From Candidatus Desulfofervidaceae bacterium (lineage in GTDB: Bacteria; Desulfobacterota; Desulfofervidia; Desulfofervidales; Desulfofervidaceae): a stretch of DNA of 24,000 nt. Where the stretch lies: contig JALWFG010000019.1 in assembly GCA_027038965.1 (NCBI GenBank), positions 38,659 to 62,658 of the forward strand, written 5' to 3'. Below the pieces are notes generated by a model. It ran no database searches and was not told the DNA's origin. It saw only the letters and a program-made list of their open reading frames with translations. This document shows, piece after piece, positions 1 through 9,696 of the stretch. Every line of letters starts with the position of its first letter. The first letter of the stretch is position 1. The translations under genes and the position numbers were made by a program.

Positions 1-342
1 GTGGGATACAAAATCATTTCCTTATATGGTTTGACTCAGAAATATCTTCAAGTCCAGCATCTTTATCAAACCTATGATGTTTTAGCCATTGGGCTGGCAG
101 GATTTACGCCTTTGCCCTACAAGCTTTTTACTATTACGGCTGGGGCCTTCAAACTCAGTTTTTTCCCTTTTTTAATCACTTCTATAGTGGCTAGAAGTGC
201 CCGTTTCTTTCTTGTAGCAGGTTTTTTTTATGTCTTTGGAGAAAGAGTCCAAACGTTTATTAACCGGTATTTCAATTGGTTAGCTACCGCCTTCGCCGCA
301 CTTTTTGTCTGCGGTTATTTTTGTATAAAATGGTTGTTTTGA
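1..342 (+). CDS. DedA/YqaA-family inner-membrane protein, C-terminal part (5' end lies outside the window)
   Basis: The ORF runs from the window edge to TGA at 340-342. It is hydrophobic, and FTPLPYKLFTITAGAFKLSFFPF...ARSARFF is typical of the DedA/YqaA (SNARE-associated) family. The GTG at position 1 is only a window artefact. Confidence 0.6.
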   Translation: MGYKIISLYGLTQKYLQVQHLYQTYDVLAIGLAGFTPLPYKLFTITAGAFKLSFFPFLITSIVARSARFFLVAGFFYVFGERVQTFINRYFNWLATAFAALFVCGYFCIKWLF

Positions 343-366
343 AGGTGTACACCAAACTTCCCAATC

Positions 367-395
367 TTTACACTCCCTATAAAAAACACTATAAT
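367..395 (+). promoter_or_regulatory. Sigma70-type promoter of mnmG, near-consensus, apparently giving a leaderless transcript
   Basis: TTTACA (367-372), 17-nt spacer, TATAAT (390-395). The -10 ends 6 nt before the mnmG ATG (402-404), and no Shine-Dalgarno lies in between. Confidence 0.45.
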
Positions 396-401
396 TAAGC
401 T

Positions 402-2288
402 ATGCTTGTTTATCCAAAAATCTTTGATGTCATTGTGGTCGGAGCTGGTCATGCCGGTTGTGAAGCCGCTCTAGCAGCCGCCAGGATGGGGCATTCCACC
501 CTTTTAGTTACTATTAATACTGACCGCATTGCCCATATGTCTTGCAATCCGGCCATTGGAGGACTAGCCAAGGGACATTTAGTAAAGGAGATTGATGCCC
601 TAGGTGGAGAAATGGCCAAAAATATTGATGCCACAGGGATTCAATTTCGGCGGCTTAATACCAAAAAGGGTCCTGCCGTTTGGTCATCTCGGGCCCAGGC
701 CGATATGGAACTCTATCGGCAACGTATGAAACAAATAGTAGAAAAGCAGCCCAATCTGTGGGTAAAACAGGCAGTTGTAGATGAAATTTTGGTAGAGGAT
801 GGTATAGTCAAAGGAATTAGAACCAGCATTGATGAAGTCTATCCTGGCAAAACGGTCATTTTAACTACTGGTACGTTTCTAAAGGGCCTTATTCATATTG
901 GGCTAAAGAATTTTCCCTCTGGACGCATGGGGGACCCACCCTCAAACAAACTTTCCGAATGCCTCAAAAAATTGGGTTTTGAAATTGGGCGCCTTAAAAC
1001 AGGCACTTGTCCCCGTTTAGACGGCCGCACCATTGACTACGATGCCTTGGAACCTCAATATGGCGATAATCCTCCTCATCCATTTTCATTTTCTACCGAA
1101 AGGATAGAACGAGCCCAAGTTCCTTGTTATATTACCTATACCAATGAAAAAACTCATGAGATTATAAAGAGTGGACTGGACCGTTCGCCCCTTTTTACCG
1201 GGGTCATTAAGGGTGTAGGGGCCAGGTATTGTCCTTCTATTGAGGATAAAGTAGTGCGGTTTCCAGAGAAACCCAGACATCAGATATTTATTGAGCCAGA
1301 AGGGCTCAGTACAATTGAAGTTTATCCTAATGGCATTCCTACTAGCTTACCCATAGACATTCAATTAAAGATGGTGCGCAGTATTAAGGGGCTTGAAAAG
1401 GCCGAAATCATTCGTCCGGGATATGCCATTGAATACGATTATGTTAATCCCATTGGGCTCAAGTCATCTCTAGAAACAAAGCTTGTAAAGGGACTCTTTT
1501 TTGCAGGGCAAATCAATGGCACTTCAGGATACGAGGAGGCGGCAGCCCAGGGTATCATTGCAGGGATCAATGCAGTTAAGTATGTGCGTGGAGAGCAACC
1601 CGTTATTTTAGATCGGGCTCAAGCCTATATTGGGGTCCTTATAGACGACCTTGTTACCAAAGGCACTAATGAACCTTATCGGATGTTTACCTCTCGGGCT
1701 GAGTATCGTTTACTTCTAAGGGAAGATAATGCCGATTTGCGGCTTATGCCATTGGGGTATGAATTAGGGTTGGTGAGTGAAGAGACCTATCAGCGCCTTC
1801 AGCAAAAGAAACGCTTGATTGAACAAACCTTAAAAAAACTAGCCGAAATCAAGCTCAGACCAAATGTCAGTACCAATGAATTGTTAAAAAAAATTGGCAC
1901 TGCTACCTTAAAAAATCCTGCTACTTTAAAAGATATCTTAAGACGGCCTGAGGTCAACATCTATGAGCTATCCATATTTGAAGAAAGTTTAAAGGCCTTA
2001 CCTCAGGCGGTGGCTGAAGAGGTTTCCTTCCAAGTAAAGTATGAAGGCTACATTAGGCATCAACAAGAGCAAGTAGCCAAATTCAAAAAGATGGAGGAGA
2101 TGAAAATTCCGCCAGATTTGGACTACAATCTCATTCCCGGACTTTCAAATGAAGTAAAAGAAAAATTGTCCCGTGTTCGTCCCACTTCACTGGGACAAGC
2201 TGCCCGGATTTCGGGTATTACCCCAGCCGCTCTTAGTATTTTACAAGTATTCTTACATAAAGGAAAATGGGTTGGAGCTCGTGGGTAG
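402..2288 (+). CDS. mnmG: tRNA uridine 5-carboxymethylaminomethyl modification enzyme MnmG (GidA)
   Basis: 628-aa ORF with N-terminal FAD fold [22 protein letters not shown], plus [24 protein letters not shown] and [16 protein letters not shown]. Length and motif order match MnmG/GidA. Confidence 0.97.
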   Translation: MLVYPKIFDVIVVGAGHAGCEAALAAARMGHSTLLVTINTDRIAHMSCNPAIGGLAKGHLVKEIDALGGEMAKNIDATGIQFRRLNTKKGPAVWSSRAQADMELYRQRMKQIVEKQPNLWVKQAVVDEILVEDGIVKGIRTSIDEVYPGKTVILTTGTFLKGLIHIGLKNFPSGRMGDPPSNKLSECLKKLGFEIGRLKTGTCPRLDGRTIDYDALEPQYGDNPPHPFSFSTERIERAQVPCYITYTNEKTHEIIKSGLDRSPLFTGVIKGVGARYCPSIEDKVVRFPEKPRHQIFIEPEGLSTIEVYPNGIPTSLPIDIQLKMVRSIKGLEKAEIIRPGYAIEYDYVNPIGLKSSLETKLVKGLFFAGQINGTSGYEEAAAQGIIAGINAVKYVRGEQPVILDRAQAYIGVLIDDLVTKGTNEPYRMFTSRAEYRLLLREDNADLRLMPLGYELGLVSEETYQRLQQKKRLIEQTLKKLAEIKLRPNVSTNELLKKIGTATLKNPATLKDILRRPEVNIYELSIFEESLKALPQAVAEEVSFQVKYEGYIRHQQEQVAKFKKMEEMKIPPDLDYNLIPGLSNEVKEKLSRVRPTSLGQAARISGITPAALSILQVFLHKGKWVGARG

Positions 2289-2307
2289 CCTGGGGCCAAT
2301 GAGAAGG

Positions 2308-3111
2308 TTAAGGGCTAATGGTAGAAATAAACTGACCTATAGGCAAAAAGAGGCAAAAAAGTGCTCCTAACGCTAGAAATGGCCCGAAGGGTATGGGAAA
2401 ATAGCGGTCTTTTCCCTTGGCTAGTATCCAGAAGATACCTACGATACTTCCGGCTAAGGAGGCTAAAAAGATTACGGCAGGCACGACCCTTATTCCCAAA
2501 AATGCCCCAATCATCGCCATGAGCTTAATATCTCCTCCCCCCATTCCCTCCCTTTTGGTTACAAAATAATACCCATAGGCCACCAAGAATAAAATCCCCC
2601 CACCTAAAGCGGCGCCTAAAAGAGAACTTTTAAAGGAAATAATAGATAGTCCTTGATTGAGAGTAGATGGCAGATGGTTCTTGCTTAGGTAATTTAAAAA
2701 AAGGTTGCCTGAAATTCCTAAGACAATGCCTGGAAGACTAATACAGTCGGGAATAATCTGATGTTTAATGTCAATAAAGCTGACTGCAATTAAGGCATAA
2801 ATAAATACAAGGTAATAAATAAGGGTTAAAGACAATTTCCATTTGCAGTAGGCCAAAACGCTAAAGATAGCTGTGATCAATTCCACCAGGGGATATTGCC
2901 ATGAAATGGGATGTCCACAGTACCGGCAATGGCCCTTTAATAAAATAAAGCTTAATAAGGGGATATTATCCTTCCATTTAAGTCGATGCTTGCATTGAGG
3001 GCAATGAGAAGGAGGGAAGACGATTGATTTTCCTTCTGGCAAACGATAAATGCATACATTAAGAAAGCTTCCTACTATTAACCCCCAGACAAAAAAAATA
3101 AAAAGAAACAT
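2308..3111 (-). CDS. pilD: Prepilin peptidase (peptidase A24, PilD-type)
   Basis: 267-aa polytopic membrane protein. It has the CPQC...CRYC zinc motif of the N-terminal domain and the two catalytic Asp motifs FIDIKHQIIPD and GGGDIKLMAMIG. Confidence 0.9.
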   Translation of the reverse strand: MFLFIFFVWGLIVGSFLNVCIYRLPEGKSIVFPPSHCPQCKHRLKWKDNIPLLSFILLKGHCRYCGHPISWQYPLVELITAIFSVLAYCKWKLSLTLIYYLVFIYALIAVSFIDIKHQIIPDCISLPGIVLGISGNLFLNYLSKNHLPSTLNQGLSIISFKSSLLGAALGGGILFLVAYGYYFVTKREGMGGGDIKLMAMIGAFLGIRVVPAVIFLASLAGSIVGIFWILAKGKDRYFPIPFGPFLALGALFCLFLPIGQFISTISP

Positions 3112-3159
3112 TATATTTTGGCCCTGATTTTAAGTGTTAAGGCAGTTTTTTACTCTCAA

Positions 3160-3570
3160 CTAATTTACGTCTTTCCCTGAAATGCCCAGTCGCCTGTCAA
3201 TGGCCTTTTTGATAATCATAGAGGCGTCTTTGTCTCCGAAGATCCCTACTCGTATACCAACCCAAACCATACCTGATGGTTTGTTTTTTATCTTGATAAT
3301 CACCATTTTCCCATCGGCCTTTTTGGCCTTAATTTCAGCGTTGATAGCGTCTTTTTCTACCTTTTCGGTTGTAATATGAAGGTCGGAGAGCGCCAATTTA
3401 GTCGCCTGCCATACCTTGTCGTAGGGAGCAATGTAACTTACCTCAAGCTGACCTTCTACGAATTTATAACCAGCAATACCGATTCCTGCACCTGCTCCTA
3501 CCAAAACAGCGGCACAACTGCAAAGACCCAAAACACCTATCAAGACAAATCCCAATAACAAACGACGCAT
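3160..3570 (-). CDS. Small secreted/lipoprotein of unknown function (possibly DUF3568-like)
   Basis: Signal peptide MRRLLLGFVLIGVLGLCSC with Cys residues. A GGGGGA RBS lies 7 nt before the ATG at 3570; the track's upstream ATG at 3585 has none. The family assignment is tentative. Lies 48 nt upstream of pilD on the same strand. Confidence 0.7.
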   Translation of the reverse strand: MRRLLLGFVLIGVLGLCSCAAVLVGAGAGIGIAGYKFVEGQLEVSYIAPYDKVWQATKLALSDLHITTEKVEKDAINAEIKAKKADGKMVIIKIKNKPSGMVWVGIRVGIFGDKDASMIIKKAIDRRLGISGKDVN

Positions 3571-3620
3571 CTTTGTTTCCCCCAATGATGATTAACTCCG
3601 TTTTAATTTTAATATGTGTC

Positions 3621-3649
3621 AATCTAACAAAGTTTACTAGAATGGTCAA
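3621..3649 (-). promoter_or_regulatory. Putative sigma70-type promoter for the lipoprotein-pilD unit
   Basis: On the minus strand: TTGACC (3649-3644), 17-nt spacer, TAGATT (3626-3621). It lies about 50 nt upstream of the 3570 start codon. Confidence 0.4.
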
Positions 3650-3713
3650 GAATGCCAAAAACCGCAATCCGGACTTGGTTTCAAAGTCGCAAATTTTGAC
3701 ATTTATCTAAGGG

Positions 3714-4484
3714 TTAATTACCACCGCTCTGTTTCATCGCGTCTAAGGTAGCTTGGATAATAGCCAATCCAGCTACAGCCGCTGTTTCGGCCCTCAAAAC
3801 ATAGGACCCAAGATGAACAGGAATAAATCCTAAACCAAGCATCTCTTTGATTTCCTCTGGACTTAATCCGCCTTCAGGACCAATAAACAAACAGATCATG
3901 GCGCTTACCTTTTGATTCAATACATTTAAAATTGGTTGGGAAGATTGCTCTCCTTTTGCCTGTCCTTCTCTTGGCCCTAATGCCATTAGTTTTAAGGTAT
4001 CCTGAGGAATGTCTCCCGCCTTCACGGGACAAGGTTCAAAAATAATTTGAGGCAGGTAAAGACAACCACTTTGCTTAAGGGCCTGAATGGCAATTTCCTG
4101 CCAGCGTCTTGTCTTTTCGGATATATTTTTAGGACAAGGAACAGAATACTGGGTTAAACAAATATTTATTTCCCATACCCCCAGTTCGGTGGCCTTTTGA
4201 ACAACCATTTCCATGGCCTTGTTTTTAAGAAGAGAAATGATGAGTCTTATCTTGGTTTGAGGGGGCGGAAAGAATTGCCTTTTTACAATCTCTATCTCTG
4301 CCTTATTCCTTTTAATGCCAATGATTTTTCCTATATATTGATGCCCTTGTCCATCAAGGCATTCTATAAGACCATTTTTCTCAAAACGGAGGACATTTTT
4401 GAGGTGATGAAATTCCCTTCCTTCTAAAACAACCTTATGCCCTTCGGGCGGTGAGATAAAAAAGCGCCTTAGATGATGAGACAT
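3714..4484 (-). CDS. rsmE: 16S rRNA (uracil1498-N3)-methyltransferase RsmE
   Basis: Motifs LLKNKAMEMVVQKATELGV and LFIGPEGGLSPEEI of the RsmE (SPOUT) family. Start taken at ATG 4484 (MSHHLRRFF), which has GAAGGAG 7-8 nt upstream. It overlaps the prmA stop by 16 nt. prmA-rsmE is a widely conserved gene pair. Confidence 0.9.
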   Translation of the reverse strand: MSHHLRRFFISPPEGHKVVLEGREFHHLKNVLRFEKNGLIECLDGQGHQYIGKIIGIKRNKAEIEIVKRQFFPPPQTKIRLIISLLKNKAMEMVVQKATELGVWEINICLTQYSVPCPKNISEKTRRWQEIAIQALKQSGCLYLPQIIFEPCPVKAGDIPQDTLKLMALGPREGQAKGEQSSQPILNVLNQKVSAMICLFIGPEGGLSPEEIKEMLGLGFIPVHLGSYVLRAETAAVAGLAIIQATLDAMKQSGGN

Positions 4485-5317
4485 GCCCACTCTCCTTCGG
4501 TAAGGCACTTCCGAGGAGGACGGTCTAAGACTGAAGAAATCTTTTCTATTTCACCTGTAAGAATACCTGAGAGGATGAGGGTTTTGTTAGCGATTTGAGT
4601 AAGGGCGTTTAGCAAGGGTAAGATAATTTTAGTTTCCAAGTTGGCTACTACCCAGTCATATTGCCCTACTTCTGGATTAACTGTGTCTTGAACAAATCGG
4701 AGGTGAGAGACCTTATTTAAGGCCGCATTTTTGGAAGCCGCTTCAATGGCCAAGGGATCGGTATCAAGGGCAGTAATATGCCTAATACCCAATTTGGCCG
4801 CATAAATAGCCAAAATGCCTGTTCCTGTACCGACATCGAGCATGCTTTGAGGTGTCTCTAAAGGATAAAGTGCTTCCATGGATTTAAGACAAAGCCTGGT
4901 GGTTTCATGAGTGCCTGTGCCAAAGGCCATGGCAGGCTCTATAAAAAGGGCAATTTCGCCTTTTTGAGGACTATATTTCTCCCAGGCTGGAAGAACAATC
5001 AACCTTTTTGATATCCGCTGAGGACGAAAATACTGACGCCAGTTTTCCTGCCAGTTTTCTTCGTAAAATTCCTCCCAGTCACATTTTATTTGGGCGTCAG
5101 GGAATAGACTTAAAAGCAATTCTACTTGGACCTCCAGGGAAGCCCTTTCTTTTTCCCAGAGATGGGCCGGATGATAACTAAAGAAGGAGACCTCGTTACC
5201 TTCTTCTTTGACTTCAATGCCCCGCCTGGTTACCTTGTTAATGATTTCCATTACTAAAGGGGCAATCTCTGCGCTTGTTTTCCATTTGCCTCGATACCAT
5301 TTCCTCTTTTCTGTCAT
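4469..5317 (-). CDS. prmA: Ribosomal protein L11 methyltransferase PrmA
   Basis: 282 aa with FIEPAMAFGTGTHETTRLCL and the SAM-binding LDVGTGTGILAIYAAKLG motif, both characteristic of PrmA. Confidence 0.93.
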   Translation of the reverse strand: MTEKRKWYRGKWKTSAEIAPLVMEIINKVTRRGIEVKEEGNEVSFFSYHPAHLWEKERASLEVQVELLLSLFPDAQIKCDWEEFYEENWQENWRQYFRPQRISKRLIVLPAWEKYSPQKGEIALFIEPAMAFGTGTHETTRLCLKSMEALYPLETPQSMLDVGTGTGILAIYAAKLGIRHITALDTDPLAIEAASKNAALNKVSHLRFVQDTVNPEVGQYDWVVANLETKIILPLLNALTQIANKTLILSGILTGEIEKISSVLDRPPRKCLTEGEWACLII

Positions 5318-5423
5318 GATGTTAAATGGTAAGGGAAATACAAAAATGGGTCAAGGGATAAGGCTATTACAAACAGCATTTTGACAAAATGATTTAGAAT
5401 TGGCAAAAAGGGAGGGAGGTTTT

Positions 5424-6077
5424 ATGAAAGAATTGAATGCCCGAAAGTGGAAGAGGCTCTTTGAAATAGCTCAGGAATATTATCAAGAAAATGGACTTTC
5501 CCATCGTTGGGATCACGTGATAAGGGTGGAAAGATTGGCTGAAAGGATTGCCCTTGAAGAAGGGGCAAATCTTGAGGTAGTAAAGGTGGCGGCCCTTTTA
5601 CACGATATTGGGAGGAAAAAGGAGACCGAAACCAAAGGGAAGGTCTGTCATGCCGAATATGGGGCAAAACTGGCAGAAAGGATTCTTAAAAAGGAAGGCT
5701 TTTCTGAAGAATTCGCAAGCCGCGTCATTAAGGCCATAAAGAGACATCGTTTCCGAGGCAAGACTCCTCCTGAAACCCTAGAAGAAAAGGTGGTTTTTGA
5801 TGCCGATAAGATTGATAGCCTTGGAGCAGTAGGTATTGCAAGGGCATTTTTATTTGCAGGAGAAATAGGAGCAAGGCTTCACAACTCAGAAGTTCTCCTT
5901 GAAGAAACCAAGCCATATACAATAGAAGATACGGCTTGGAGGGAGTATAAACTAAAACTCTCTAAAATAAAGGATCGCCTTCTTACCAGAACAGGTAAAA
6001 AAATAGCAAAAAAACGCACGAAGTTTATGCAAAGGTTTTTTGAAGAACTAAATGCCGAGGTAGAGGGTATAAGATAA
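5424..6077 (+). CDS. HD-domain metal-dependent phosphohydrolase (YedJ-like architecture)
   Basis: H...HVIRV, ALLHDIGR and VFDADKIDSLGAVGIARAF motifs of the HD superfamily. Start placed at ATG 5424, preceded by AGGGAGGGAGG. The track's TTG at 5400 is probably an over-extension. Confidence 0.85.
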   Translation: MKELNARKWKRLFEIAQEYYQENGLSHRWDHVIRVERLAERIALEEGANLEVVKVAALLHDIGRKKETETKGKVCHAEYGAKLAERILKKEGFSEEFASRVIKAIKRHRFRGKTPPETLEEKVVFDADKIDSLGAVGIARAFLFAGEIGARLHNSEVLLEETKPYTIEDTAWREYKLKLSKIKDRLLTRTGKKIAKKRTKFMQRFFEELNAEVEGIR

Positions 6078-6168
6078 AAAAATGGGTTGCCCACTAGTCA
6101 CTCATTTAACCATTGACACAGGTCTTTGACTCTGATAAGCAAAATTAAATAAATTGAAGGCAGTATAT

Positions 6169-9100
6169 ATGTATTCTCCAATGGCCTATTTCTCAGAGCT
6201 TTGCCCCAATTGTGGGTCAAGAATTTCCGATGTTCGTCTTTTTAAGGGTTTACCCTGTTCTCATTGTCTTGAAGAGACCCAAACAGGGTCTGTATGTGAA
6301 GTCCTCAAGGCAAGCGGAAAGATGCAGGGTATGGCCACTTTTTGCCAGCTTCAGGAAGAGACTAAAAAGTTTGAACACTTTTTTAAAAGAAATTTGGGAT
6401 TTGGGCCTTGGTCTCTCCAGCTTAGTTGGTTTAAAAGGGCATTTTTAAAAAAATCATTTGCCATTGTGGCCCCCACAGGGGTGGGAAAGACAACCTTTGG
6501 GATGCTTTATGCGGCCTATATTCAGGCCCCAAGTTATATCATTCTGCCTACTAAAATGTTGGTAGAGCAGGTTTGTGAAAAACTTTCTAAGATGGTTCCT
6601 TGTAAAGAAATTGTGGCCTATTTAGGCAAAAAGGGGCAAAAGGAGCTCATTCAAAGTGCCGGTTATAGAATCTTGATCACCACGGTAAACTTCTTCTATC
6701 GCAATGCCGAAATTCTTCCCAAGAACTTTTTTAAATTTGTCTTTGTAGACGATATAGATGCCATTTTGAAATCTTCTAGGAGGGTAGAACTCCTTTTTCA
6801 ACTGCTAGGATTTGATGAAGCTAATATTGCTTCAGCCTCAAAAATCCGGCTTTCTCAAGAAGAGTTGAAAAGGATTAAGGCCATTAGGGAGAAAATGGAT
6901 GTAGTGCTTGTTGTCTCTTCGGCCACAGTTCAACCTAAGCCCAGGAGAATGCTTCTATTTGAGCGACTACTTGGATTTGAGATAAGCCGCACCCAAATCA
7001 AGTTAAGAAATATTGTAGATGCCCTTGAGGAGGTAAAGGACGAAAAAGAGGCTTTAAAAAAGGCGGTTGCTTTTATAAAAGAATGGGGTGGCGGGACCTT
7101 TGTATTTGTGTCTTCAGAAAGGGGAAAAGAAGGTGTAGAAAAAGTCGTTTCTTTTTTAAATAAGTGCAAAATAAGGGCCATTTCCTATGAAAATTTTAAA
7201 GGGAAAAACAAAGAGGCCTTCAGACAGGGCAAGATTCAAGCCGTAGTAGGAATAGGGACTGCTTATAACAGCTTGGCTAGGGGAATAGATTTACCTGAGG
7301 CCGTCCGTTATATCGTCTTTATTGATGTGCCCAAAATGGTGTTTCCTGCTTCTGTAGGCCTTAATCCCCGAAGGCTTTTTGGAATTCTGCTTGCCTTAAA
7401 GGATTTGCTTCCAGTAGATAAAAACAGCCTCTATCTTTCCTACCTAAAAAAATATCTAGGATTGTCTGAAGCCCAATTGGCGCGAGTGATGGAGCGATAT
7501 CCCAAAACAAGAGAGCGTCTTCAGGAAATAGCCGATTTTTTAGATGGCCTTTTAAAGGATAAATCTTTTAGAAAGCGTATTGAGGGATCCGATACAGTAG
7601 GATTTCAACAAAAAAATGGCAGGTGGTTTATAGTGGTAGCCGATGTTAATGGCTATTTACAGGCCTCAGGGCGGGCATCACGCCTATTTGCAGGAGGCCT
7701 GAGTAAAGGTTTGGTGGTAACCTTTTATTGGGACAAAAAGGCCTTAAATAGCCTTTTAAAACGGCTAAAAAATAGTGCTCCTCTTGGAGGAGAAATAAAA
7801 TTTTGGCCTCTTAAAGAAGTAAATTTGAAAGGCCTCTTTGAAGAAATTGATAAAGACAGGGAGAAGATCAAATCCCTTATAACTGCTGTGGGCTCAAAGC
7901 AAACGTTTTCCCAACCAAAAGATTTATTTACGCCCACTCTTGTCATTGTAGAGTCGCCTACAAAGGCCAAAACCATCGCTGGCCTTTTTGGTAAACCAGC
8001 CAAGCGAAAAATAGGAAATTTGACTGTCTATGAAGTTAATCTTGAAAATCGTTTGCTTTGTATTACGGCTTCTTTGGGACATGTATGTGATTTGATTACT
8101 AATGAAGGATATTTTGGAATAATTGAGGAAGACGGAAGGTTTTTGCCGATTTATGCCCCTATAAAACGATGTGGGCATTGTGGTGTTCAAACCGCAGATG
8201 CCCTATGTCCATGGTGTCACAATCCTCCTTCACAGACCAAGAAAGAAGTCATCTTAGGACTCAGACAAATGGCTATAGAGGTGGACGAAATTTTTATTGG
8301 CACAGACCCAGATACCGAGGGAGAAAAGATCGGGTGGGATCTTTTTCTACTTTTGCGGTGTTTTAACCACCATATCTCGCGGATTGAGTTCCATGAAGTT
8401 ACCCGCCAGGGTCTTTTAAGGGCCATAAAAAGGCCCCGTGAGTTTTCTCTCCCCCTTGTTAAGGCCCAAATTTTACGGCGGGTAGCCGATCGATGGGTGG
8501 GTTTTGTATTATCACGTCAACTTTGGGAGGCATTTGGCAAAAACACCCTTTCGGCCGGCCGAGTTCAAACCCCTGTCTTAGGATGGGTGATAAAAAGAGA
8601 GCAAGACCGAAGGCAAAAGAAGGCTGTAATTACCTTCCTTTTGAATGAACATCCCCTTTCCTTTGAAGAGCTAGACCTTAATAAGGCAAGAAAAATCTTT
8701 GCTGGGCTTGATAATGCCCAAATAGAAATAGTTTCTTGGTGCCAAAAGGATATTTCCCCATCACCTCCGTATGATACCAGCTCTATATTGATAGATAGTT
8801 CGCATATTCTCCACCTGTCCGCTCAGAATACGATGCAAATTCTTCAAGAGCTCTTTGAAAAGGGACTTATTACTTACCATCGCACTGATTCCACCCATGT
8901 ATCTGAATTTGGCCAGAGCATTGCCTTAGAATATATTACTCAGAAATTTGGACGGGATTTTTGGGCCAAAAGGTCATGGGGAAAGGCGGGCACTCATGAA
9001 TGTATTCGTCCTACTCGGCCCTTAGACGATGAGGAGCTTAGGTTTCTTGTAGCCACAGGGGAAATATATCTCAACCAACCCAAACAGGCAATTAGGCTCT

Positions 9101-9681
9101 ATCGCCTCATCTTTAACCGTTTTATGGCCTCACAGATGAGGGAAGCCCAAGTGAAGGTGACAGAAATAAGAATGCGTTTCCCTGATTTATCTGGAACGTT
9201 CTTAAGTGAACACACCTGGCAAATTTACTCCGAAATTATAAAGCCTGGCTTTGATTTGGTTACTCCTCTTAAAGTAATTCCCCTGACTACTCCCCTTAAA
9301 ATTGAAAAAAGGGAACTTAAGTTTGTTCCCCAAACTCCACCCTTTACTGAAGGTAGTTTGATAGAGGAGATGAAGAAAAAGGGCCTGGGCCGTCCTTCCA
9401 CTTACGCCAAGATTGTTTCGGTGCTTTTAGAAAGACGTTATCTTATTTCCCGAAAGGAGTTTCTTTTCCCCACTCGTTTGGGAAGAGATGTTTTTAATTT
9501 TTTGGAGGCTAACTACCATGAGTATATTGATGAAGAATTTACCCGATTGCTTGAACAAAAGATGGATGCTGTAGAAAAGGGACAGGAGGATTATCAGGTG
9601 ATGCTTCATAGCATCTTCAAATGGGTGATAGAAGGAGACACACTTAACAAAGACGCTATGAGAAAGGTGTTGAATGTATAG
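6169..9681 (+). CDS. rgy: Reverse gyrase (SF2 helicase-like domain fused to type IA topoisomerase)
   Basis: N-terminal zinc finger CPNCG...CSHC; helicase motifs APTGVGKTT, VDDID, SSAT and QASGRASR. Then Toprim VESPTKAKTI, inserted zinc finger CGHCG...CPWC, DPDTEGEKI, and catalytic-Tyr motif ITYHRTDS. Start uncertain between TTG 6154, ATG 6169 (GAAGG 8 nt upstream) and ATG 6181. Confidence 0.97.
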   Translation: MYSPMAYFSELCPNCGSRISDVRLFKGLPCSHCLEETQTGSVCEVLKASGKMQGMATFCQLQEETKKFEHFFKRNLGFGPWSLQLSWFKRAFLKKSFAIVAPTGVGKTTFGMLYAAYIQAPSYIILPTKMLVEQVCEKLSKMVPCKEIVAYLGKKGQKELIQSAGYRILITTVNFFYRNAEILPKNFFKFVFVDDIDAILKSSRRVELLFQLLGFDEANIASASKIRLSQEELKRIKAIREKMDVVLVVSSATVQPKPRRMLLFERLLGFEISRTQIKLRNIVDALEEVKDEKEALKKAVAFIKEWGGGTFVFVSSERGKEGVEKVVSFLNKCKIRAISYENFKGKNKEAFRQGKIQAVVGIGTAYNSLARGIDLPEAVRYIVFIDVPKMVFPASVGLNPRRLFGILLALKDLLPVDKNSLYLSYLKKYLGLSEAQLARVMERYPKTRERLQEIADFLDGLLKDKSFRKRIEGSDTVGFQQKNGRWFIVVADVNGYLQASGRASRLFAGGLSKGLVVTFYWDKKALNSLLKRLKNSAPLGGEIKFWPLKEVNLKGLFEEIDKDREKIKSLITAVGSKQTFSQPKDLFTPTLVIVESPTKAKTIAGLFGKPAKRKIGNLTVYEVNLENRLLCITASLGHVCDLITNEGYFGIIEEDGRFLPIYAPIKRCGHCGVQTADALCPWCHNPPSQTKKEVILGLRQMAIEVDEIFIGTDPDTEGEKIGWDLFLLLRCFNHHISRIEFHEVTRQGLLRAIKRPREFSLPLVKAQILRRVADRWVGFVLSRQLWEAFGKNTLSAGRVQTPVLGWVIKREQDRRQKKAVITFLLNEHPLSFEELDLNKARKIFAGLDNAQIEIVSWCQKDISPSPPYDTSSILIDSSHILHLSAQNTMQILQELFEKGLITYHRTDSTHVSEFGQSIALEYITQKFGRDFWAKRSWGKAGTHECIRPTRPLDDEELRFLVATGEIYLNQPKQAIRLYRLIFNRFMASQMREAQVKVTEIRMRFPDLSGTFLSEHTWQIYSEIIKPGFDLVTPLKVIPLTTPLKIEKRELKFVPQTPPFTEGSLIEEMKKKGLGRPSTYAKIVSVLLERRYLISRKEFLFPTRLGRDVFNFLEANYHEYIDEEFTRLLEQKMDAVEKGQEDYQVMLHSIFKWVIEGDTLNKDAMRKVLNV

Positions 9682-9696
9682 AAAGGGGAGCAAACA

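Noticed and set aside
344-353. Perfect 10-bp palindrome GGTGTACACC just upstream of the mnmG -35 element; considered as an operator.
   Set aside because: A 10-bp palindrome constrains only 5 positions (about 1 in 1024), so some 20 are expected by chance in 24 kb. There is no second half-site or other support.
6126-6154. TTGACT, 17 nt, ATAAAT upstream of reverse gyrase as its promoter.
   Set aside because: The motif is plausible, but the predicted start (about 6161) would fall after the only SD-like GAAGG and just 8 nt before ATG 6169. I cannot decide between this, a leaderless-like arrangement, or read-through from the HD gene.
3571-6168. Longer start-codon choices in the ORF track (ATG 3585, ATG 4508, TTG 5400, TTG 6154).
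   Set aside because: In each case a downstream ATG has a clear GGAGG-like RBS at 7-8 nt (3570, 4484, 5424, 6169) and gives an N-terminus typical of the family. The upstream codons lack an RBS.
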